Part shown: positions 58,301 through 64,000 of the stretch, one piece after another | How positions within the stretch are numbered: position 1 is the stretch's first letter | How the letters are laid out: each line of letters starts with the position of its first letter | Origin: Polyangiales bacterium | GTDB taxonomy: Bacteria > Myxococcota_A > Polyangia > Polyangiales > JBDIVX01 | Direction of reading: 5' to 3' | DNA: 64,000 nt | NCBI GenBank assembly: GCA_039794305.1 | Contig: JBDIVX010000003.1 | Span: 48,606 to 112,605 of the forward strand | Notes under the pieces: model-generated | Seen by the model: only the letters and a program-made list of their open reading frames with translations | Told to the model about the DNA's origin: nothing | Databases searched by the model: none | Made by a program: the position numbers and the translations under genes

Positions 58301-58897
58301 GTGATGACCATGGCCCACCTCGAAGAGGAGAAGCTCCAGCAGTACTTCGACGGCGAGCTGCCGGAGAGCGAAGCCGAACGGGTGCGCCGGGCGATCGATG
58401 AGTCGGAGGAGGCCCGCGCGGGGCTCCAGAGGCTCGAGAGGCTGCGCTCGCTCATCGCCCTCGCGGCCGAGGACTCGGCGAGCGACGTGCCGTCGGACGA
58501 CCTCTTCGCGAAGATCCGCGCGGGGATCGCCCCGACGAGGCACGCGCCGTTCCGGGTGATCGAGGGAGAGGCGAAGCGCCAGCCCCCGGCGCGCACGGAG
58601 GGCTGGAAGGTGGGGCTCGCGGCGGGGATGGGGCTCGCGGTCGCCGCCGCGGTGCTGCTGTTCGTGCTCGCCACCGAGAGCGAGCCGCCCGTGGCCGAGA
58701 CTCCCGAGCAGGGGGAGCCCACGGTGGAGGTGAGGGAGCTGGCCGTGACGACGCTCGAGGCTCCGCAGGGGTCCGAGGTCGAAGAGGTGGACTTCGGCAG
58801 CAACATCGGTACCGTCTTCGAGGTGGAGGGCGACGCCGGCGAGCCGATCGCCGTCGTCTGGATCAACGACGAGGCCCCGGAGCAGGTGACGCAGTGA
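58301..58897 (+). CDS. putative anti-sigma factor (single TM)
   Basis: Starts 1 nt after the sigma gene stop. N-terminus ..LQQYFDGELPESEAERVRRAIDESEEARAGLQRL.. is anti-sigma-like. TM VGLAAGMGLAVAAAVLLFVLA. Confidence 0.65.
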   Translation: MMTMAHLEEEKLQQYFDGELPESEAERVRRAIDESEEARAGLQRLERLRSLIALAAEDSASDVPSDDLFAKIRAGIAPTRHAPFRVIEGEAKRQPPARTEGWKVGLAAGMGLAVAAAVLLFVLATESEPPVAETPEQGEPTVEVRELAVTTLEAPQGSEVEEVDFGSNIGTVFEVEGDAGEPIAVVWINDEAPEQVTQ

Positions 58898-59397
58898 GCA
58901 GATGGGGTTCCAGATCCGCGCTCGCGGCGCTGGCGGTCGCGCTCCTCGGGGGCGCCGCGCCTCGGGCGGAGGCGCAGGACCGCGCCGTGCCCGGCGAGGT
59001 GCTCGTGGTGCTGGCCAAGGAGGAGGCGGGCCGCATCGACCCGGCGCTCGAGAACGTCCCGGCGCTGCGCCGGCCGCCGTTCAACGCGTTCCGGTCGATG
59101 CGCGTGTTGTCGCGCCCGCGCGTCGAGCTGCGGGAGGGGCGGCCCGTCGAGGTGGAGCTACCGAACGGCCGCAGGCTCCAGCTCGTCCTGCAGCAGGTCA
59201 TGCCCGACGGTCGCTACCGCATGCGCGTGAGCATCAACCGCCCGAACCAGAACGACTACCTGCCCCTCCTTCAGGTCGTCGCCTCCCCCGGCGATCCCTT
59301 CTTCGTCGCGGGCCAGAGCCACGAGGGCGGCACCCTGGTCATCGGCGTCCGCGTCGGAGTCCGCGACGAGACGCCGGCCCCGACCAAGCGGCGCTAG
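58894..59397 (+). CDS. secreted protein, function unknown (third gene of the ECF operon)
   Basis: GTGA overlap with the anti-sigma stop. Signal peptide MSRWGSRSALAALAVALLGGAAPRAEAQ. Confidence 0.6.
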   Translation: MSRWGSRSALAALAVALLGGAAPRAEAQDRAVPGEVLVVLAKEEAGRIDPALENVPALRRPPFNAFRSMRVLSRPRVELREGRPVEVELPNGRRLQLVLQQVMPDGRYRMRVSINRPNQNDYLPLLQVVASPGDPFFVAGQSHEGGTLVIGVRVGVRDETPAPTKRR

Positions 59398-59399
59398 CG

Positions 59400-62213
59400 T
59401 CACCGGCACTCCGGGGCCGTCAGGCCGGACGGCGGCGCGATCTCCTTCACGGCCTCGATCCCCTCGTCGACCGTCCGGGTCTCGAAGCCGAGCTTGCGGC
59501 ACGTGCGCAGCATGGGCGCGTTGAAGGGCAGGACGAAGCCGACGATCCGCTCGAGCCCCTCCCTCGCGCCGATCTCGACCAGGCGGCGGAGCAGCTCGGT
59601 GCCGAGGCCCTTCGACTGGTGTTGGTCCGCCACCAGAACGGCGAACTCGGCGTCGCAGGTGCCGTAGACGCGGTTGAGGCGGGCGACCCCGACGAGCTCC
59701 CGCTCGTGGTCGACCGGCTCGCGCTCGGCAACCAGGACCATCTCGCGATCGTAGTCGGTGAAGCAGATGCGTGAGAGCCGCTCGTGCTGCGTCCGGACGG
59801 ACAGGTTCATGATGTTGCCGTAGCGCAGGTACACGCTGTGCTCCGAGAGCGTGGCGTGGAAGCGCCTCATCGCGGGCTCGTCCTCGGGCCGGATCGGCCG
59901 GATCGTGACGGCGGTTCCGTCTCTCAGCGTCCAGCCCCCCACGTACTGCTGCGGGTAGGGCCGGATCGCCAGGGGCGGCAGGTCCTCCTCGCTCACCTCG
60001 GCAGGGTGGAGCACGACCCGCGCATCGAGCGCGATCAGCCGCTCGTCCGTGGCGAGGAGCGGGTTCAGGTCGATCTCGGCGATGAGCCTCTGCTCGACCA
60101 CGAGCTGACTGAACTGCACGAGCAGCTCCTCGAGCGCCGGCAGATCGACCGGCCGGCGTCCCCGCACCCCGCGCAGGGCGGCGTGGATCTTGGTCTGCTC
60201 CATCATCCGGCGGGCGAGCGTGGTGTTCAGCGGAGGCAGGCCGAGGGCACGGTCGGCGTAGACCTCCACCAGCGAGCCGCCGGCGCCGAAGAGCAGCACC
60301 GGTCCGAACTGCGCATCCGTCGTGCTGCCGACGATGAGCTCGTAGCCCTCGAGCGGGACCATGGGCTGAACCGTCACCCCGCCGAAGGCAGAGGGCTCGG
60401 CGCGCTCGGCGACGGCGGCGCGGATGGACTCGAACGCGGCCCGGACGCCCGCGGCGTCCGTGATCCCGAGCTTCACGCCGCCGACGTCGGTCTTGTGGGT
60501 GATCCGGTCCGAATGGAGCTTCACGACCACCGGATAGCCGAGCGACTCGGCGTGCTCGACGGCGGCCTCGGCGTCGGGCGCGAAGCGGGTCTCGACCGTG
60601 GGGATCCCGTAGGCGTCCAGGATCTGCTTGGACTCGAGCTCGTTCAGGATGGTGCGACCGCCGGCGCGTGCCTTCGTGACGATCTCGGTCGCCCGACCGC
60701 GGCCGTGTGCGCCCTCGGCAGCGCCTCGCGGCACCGGCGTCTCGTAGAGCGCGTTCAGGTTGTGGGAGAACTGCCAGAGGTAGTTGAAGACCTGGGCGGC
60801 GGCGTCGGGATACGGGAAGGTGGGGATGCCGGCCCGGTTGAGGATCTCCTCGCCGGCGGCGATCGAGGCCCCTCCCATCCAGCTCGCGAGGACGGGCTTT
60901 CCGTGCGCACGGGTGAGGGGCGCGAGGTGCTCGGCCGTCCGCGTCGGGTCGGTCATGTCCTGCGGGGTCAGGATGACCAGCAGCCCGTCGCTGTGCTCGT
61001 CCGCTTCCGCGATCGCGAGGGCCTGCGCGTAGCGCTCCGGCGCCGCGTCGCCGAGCACGTCGATGGGGTTGCCGTGGCTCCAGTGTGGCGGCAGGACCCG
61101 GTCGAGCTCACGTCGGGTCTCGTCCGACAGCGTCGCGAGCTCGCCGCCGCCGCGGACCAGGGTGTCGGTGGCGAGCACGCCCGGGCCGCCGGCGTTCGTC
61201 AGGATGGTCAGCCGCCGTCCGCGCGGGGTCGGCTGCTTGCCGAGGACGTCGGCCATGGAAAACAGGTGGGCGATCGAGTCGACGCGCAGCACTCCGGTGC
61301 GCCGGAAGGCCGCGTCGAGCACCTCGTCGCTTCCGGCCAGAGAGCCCGTGTGCGAGACGGCTGCCTGGGCCGCCTCGACCGTGCGGCCCGCCTTGATGAC
61401 GATGACGGGCTTCTGGCGCGCGACCTCCCGCGCCGCCGACAGGAACGACCGCGCGTCCCCGATCGTCTCCATGTACAGGACGATGCTGCTGGTGTGCGGG
61501 TCGTCGCCCAGGTAGTGGATGAGATCGCCCCACCCCACGTCCAGCATCGAGCCGATGGACACGAACGCGCTGAACCCGAGGCGCTCGCGCAGGCTCCAGT
61601 CCAGGATGGCCGTGAGGAGCGCGCCGCTCTGGCTGATGAACCCCACCTTCCCGGGCAACGCCATGCCGCCGGCGAACGTCGCGTTGAGCCCCGTGACGGG
61701 GCGCATGACGCCGAGGCAGTTCGGGCCGATGATGCGCATCCCGCCGCGCCGGGCCTCCCGGAGCGTGGCCTCTTCGAGCGCCGCTCCCTCCGGGCCGGCC
61801 TCCTTGAAGCCGGCCGAGATCACGATCGCGCCCGGGACGCCAATCTCCACGCACTCCCGGATCACGTCGGGCACGCGAGGGGCGGGTGTGACCACGACCG
61901 CCAGGTCGACCGGCTCCGGGAGATCGCCGACAGAGCGGTACGCCCGAACGCCGAGCACGCTCTCTCGCTTGGGGTTGACCGGATAGACCGTCCCTCCGAA
62001 GGGGTTGCTGACCAGGTTCCACAGCACGGTCCGTCCGACGCTCCCCGGCCGCTCGCTCGCGCCCACCACGGCCACGCGCTTCGGCGCGAAGATCGACTCG
62101 AGCGCCCGCCGGCTCGTACGCAAGATGTCGTGCGAGGCGTCGACGGCCAGGGGCGCTCTGCCGCGTCGCCGGTCACCGCGCCGGTGTGGCTGCCTTCGAT
62201 CCACGTCTGCCAT
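59400..62213 (-). CDS. Pat-like protein acetyltransferase: ADP-forming acyl-CoA synthetase-like domains fused to C-terminal GNAT
   Basis: 937 aa. N-terminal CoA-binding region ..[17 protein letters not shown].., succinyl-CoA-synthetase-like and ATP-grasp regions, and a C-terminal GNAT (..[56 protein letters not shown]). Start codon uncertain. Confidence 0.85.
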   Translation of the reverse strand: MADVDRRQPHRRGDRRRGRAPLAVDASHDILRTSRRALESIFAPKRVAVVGASERPGSVGRTVLWNLVSNPFGGTVYPVNPKRESVLGVRAYRSVGDLPEPVDLAVVVTPAPRVPDVIRECVEIGVPGAIVISAGFKEAGPEGAALEEATLREARRGGMRIIGPNCLGVMRPVTGLNATFAGGMALPGKVGFISQSGALLTAILDWSLRERLGFSAFVSIGSMLDVGWGDLIHYLGDDPHTSSIVLYMETIGDARSFLSAAREVARQKPVIVIKAGRTVEAAQAAVSHTGSLAGSDEVLDAAFRRTGVLRVDSIAHLFSMADVLGKQPTPRGRRLTILTNAGGPGVLATDTLVRGGGELATLSDETRRELDRVLPPHWSHGNPIDVLGDAAPERYAQALAIAEADEHSDGLLVILTPQDMTDPTRTAEHLAPLTRAHGKPVLASWMGGASIAAGEEILNRAGIPTFPYPDAAAQVFNYLWQFSHNLNALYETPVPRGAAEGAHGRGRATEIVTKARAGGRTILNELESKQILDAYGIPTVETRFAPDAEAAVEHAESLGYPVVVKLHSDRITHKTDVGGVKLGITDAAGVRAAFESIRAAVAERAEPSAFGGVTVQPMVPLEGYELIVGSTTDAQFGPVLLFGAGGSLVEVYADRALGLPPLNTTLARRMMEQTKIHAALRGVRGRRPVDLPALEELLVQFSQLVVEQRLIAEIDLNPLLATDERLIALDARVVLHPAEVSEEDLPPLAIRPYPQQYVGGWTLRDGTAVTIRPIRPEDEPAMRRFHATLSEHSVYLRYGNIMNLSVRTQHERLSRICFTDYDREMVLVAEREPVDHERELVGVARLNRVYGTCDAEFAVLVADQHQSKGLGTELLRRLVEIGAREGLERIVGFVLPFNAPMLRTCRKLGFETRTVDEGIEAVKEIAPPSGLTAPECR

Positions 62214-62263
62214 GGCGGTCCCGTAGGATCGCCGGCAGGCGGTTCAAGCGATCACGGCGGGGA

Positions 62264-63232
62264 TCACGTTTCCGACGGGCAGCGCAGGCTGACGTCGGGC
62301 GAGCTCCGGTGCGGGTACACGAAGGTGGCCTCGTACGGCATGGCGCCGCCCTCGATGCGGAAGTCGATCGTGCCGTCGAGCGTGCGCGCCACACCGGCGC
62401 GGTACTCCATCCCCCAGTCGGTGATGACGATGGACTGCCCCGTCGCCGCGTTCACCGCGGTCACGTCCACCAGCTCCATGCCCTGGGCGCCGTCGTCGGC
62501 GAGCTGGCCGATGGGCGTCGGGGCACCTCGGAGGGTGTAGAGCACGTGCGTGTCTCCGTGCTCGTCGTCGACCACGATGTCGTTGCGCATCTCGATCTGC
62601 CCGAGCGCCGCCGCCACCTGCTCGAGGTCGAGCTCGATCGTCCCCGTCGGGTTCGGTCCCAGGCCGAGCAGCTCGGCGCCGGGCCCGGAGTCCTCGAACC
62701 GGATCGCGAAGGACGTGCGCGTGTCGCCGGTGAGGTCGATCGACGCGCTCGCCTCGACGCTGACCCCGGTGAAGTAGCTCTCGATGTCGAAGACGTCGAA
62801 GGCGATCGGGTCCCCGGCCCGCCCCCAGCTCGTGTCGTGCGGCAGGTAGAGCCGCACCACCATCGTCTCGTTGGCGCGCCAGTACCCGTCCCCCTCGTAC
62901 GTGAAGCCGCTCGGTTGGGTGGGATCGCCCGCGGCGATGTTGACCAGGATCTGGATGAGCGCGAAGGAGAACGACGCGTTCAGCCCACCGCACACCACCA
63001 TCTCGTGGCAGCTCTCGCGGAAGTCGCGCGCGATCTCGAGCGACGCCTCGAGCTCGGCCGCGGACACGGCGCCGGCGCAGCCTTCGAGGCCCGGGTGGCC
63101 GGCGATCTCGAGGGCGTCGACGGCGGGGTCGGTGTTCTCGGGCTCCGAGCCGGGCCCGGTGCCGGCGGTCGCGCCCGCGTTGCAAGCGGAGAGGATCAGG
63201 GCGGCGAGCGCGCCCCGAGGGAGCAAAGTCAT
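62264..63232 (-). CDS. lipoprotein, function unknown (322 aa)
   Basis: MTLLPRGALAALILSACNAG (lipobox LSAC). No further motif recognised. Confidence 0.7.
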   Translation of the reverse strand: MTLLPRGALAALILSACNAGATAGTGPGSEPENTDPAVDALEIAGHPGLEGCAGAVSAAELEASLEIARDFRESCHEMVVCGGLNASFSFALIQILVNIAAGDPTQPSGFTYEGDGYWRANETMVVRLYLPHDTSWGRAGDPIAFDVFDIESYFTGVSVEASASIDLTGDTRTSFAIRFEDSGPGAELLGLGPNPTGTIELDLEQVAAALGQIEMRNDIVVDDEHGDTHVLYTLRGAPTPIGQLADDGAQGMELVDVTAVNAATGQSIVITDWGMEYRAGVARTLDGTIDFRIEGGAMPYEATFVYPHRSSPDVSLRCPSET

Positions 63233-63259
63233 GAGCGGTGCGACGGGCCGGCCCGGCGG

Positions 63260-64000
63260 CTATTCACGCCGCGACAGGCGCTCGACGACCTTCTTGGCGA
63301 GCGCCTCGACGAGCGCGTCCTCGTCGGCGGGGCTGCGCGGGGCGCGGCCGAGGGACGGCGGGGTGCCCTCGGGATCGCGCAGGATCCCGGCCTGGACCGC
63401 CATCTGCCGGAGGTGCGCGGCCTCGGCCTCGGGGATCGGCTGAGCGCCCCCCGCCGAGAGCGCGGCGACGGTGATGCGAGCCGTGTGCTCGACGACCTCG
63501 AGCCGGGAGAACGCTTCGGCCAGGCTCGCGCCGAGGACCACCGGTCCGTGCCGCTCGAGCACGAACGCGTTCATCCGGCGCGCGAACGGGAGCACGCCCT
63601 CGGCCACGTCGGCCGTCGTGGGGCTCGCGTAGGGGACCGTCGGGATCCCGCCGAGGGCCAGGATGGCCTCGGGCACGACCGGCCGCTCCATCGAGACCCC
63701 CGCCACGGTCAGCCCCACGGTGGAGGGGGAGTGGGCGTGGATGATGGCGTTCACGTCCGGCCGGTGGGCGAAGATGCTCAGGTGCATCCGGAGCTCGCTC
63801 GAGGCCCGCTGCCGCGAGTCGACCGGCCGCCCGTCGGCCGCCGCCACCTTCACGACATCGGCCGGGACGAGCCGACCCTTGTGGCGCATCGACGGCGTGC
63901 ACAGGAGGTAGCGCTCGCTCAGCCGGACCGAGAGGTTCCCGTCCGGCGGCGCGTTGTGCCCGCGCTCGTAGAGCGTGCGCGCGAGCTCGCACAGCTCCTC
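63260..64000 (-). CDS. class II aldolase/adducin-family protein (partial; N-terminus beyond the window end)
   Basis: The reading frame stays open to position 64000 (..EELCELARTLYERGHNAPPDGNLSVRLSERYLLCTPSMRHKG..). SSELRMHL..., IIHAHSP, VPEAILALGGIPTVPYASP, FVLERHGPVV are aldolase-II motifs. The track lists only the internal Met at 63889. Confidence 0.85.
   Translation of the reverse strand, partial: EELCELARTLYERGHNAPPDGNLSVRLSERYLLCTPSMRHKGRLVPADVVKVAAADGRPVDSRQRASSELRMHLSIFAHRPDVNAIIHAHSPSTVGLTVAGVSMERPVVPEAILALGGIPTVPYASPTTADVAEGVLPFARRMNAFVLERHGPVVLGASLAEAFSRLEVVEHTARITVAALSAGGAQPIPEAEAAHLRQMAVQAGILRDPEGTPPSLGRAPRSPADEDALVEALAKKVVERLSRRE

Overview
A 64-kb, visibly very GC-rich (about 70% by eye, not computed) chromosomal segment that is almost entirely coding. 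I support about 56 CDS. I found no rRNA, tRNA, CRISPR array, transposase, integrase or phage genes. By inference the source is a Myxococcota genome (Polyangia/Sorangiineae-like). The evidence is a MYXO-CTERM sorting tag, many Cys-lipobox lipoproteins, a TSP3/OmpA-like protein, a Hanks kinase plus PP2C, an NtrC-type sigma-54 activator and a DUF4388-like DnaJ protein. Housekeeping anchors are hflX, hisD, cysS, radC, rpmH-rnpA-yidD-yidC-jag, rsmG, pspA, a UvrD/PcrA-family helicase, a Sir2 deacylase and a Pat-like acetyltransferase. The many long Arg/Pro/Gly-rich ORFs in the six-frame track that run antisense or out of frame to these genes are high-GC artefacts. No single element is unmistakably a new system. 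The best candidates for a second look are: (1) a translationally coupled PilZ / Ser-Thr kinase / DUF434+NYN-like putative nuclease trio (14499-17267); (2) a locus with two paralogous proteins, each made of three complete DsbA-type CPFC thioredoxin modules, flanking a Cys-free membrane protein (47261-52547), with a terminator, sigma-54-like promoters and a conserved hairpin between the genes; (3) two intergenic arrays of perfectly or near-perfectly repeated, strongly hairpin-forming units (77 bp x2.5 at 46946-47144; 51 bp x3 at 28896-29055, in frame with cysS); (4) a 33-nt hairpin motif present twice with a compensatory stem change; (5) a 43-bp palindromic stop/terminator cassette present twice; (6) an NtrC-type activator whose receiver lacks the phospho-acceptor Asp yet is start/stop-coupled to a sensor-less histidine kinase. 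All domain calls come from reading motifs in the translations. No database search was run.
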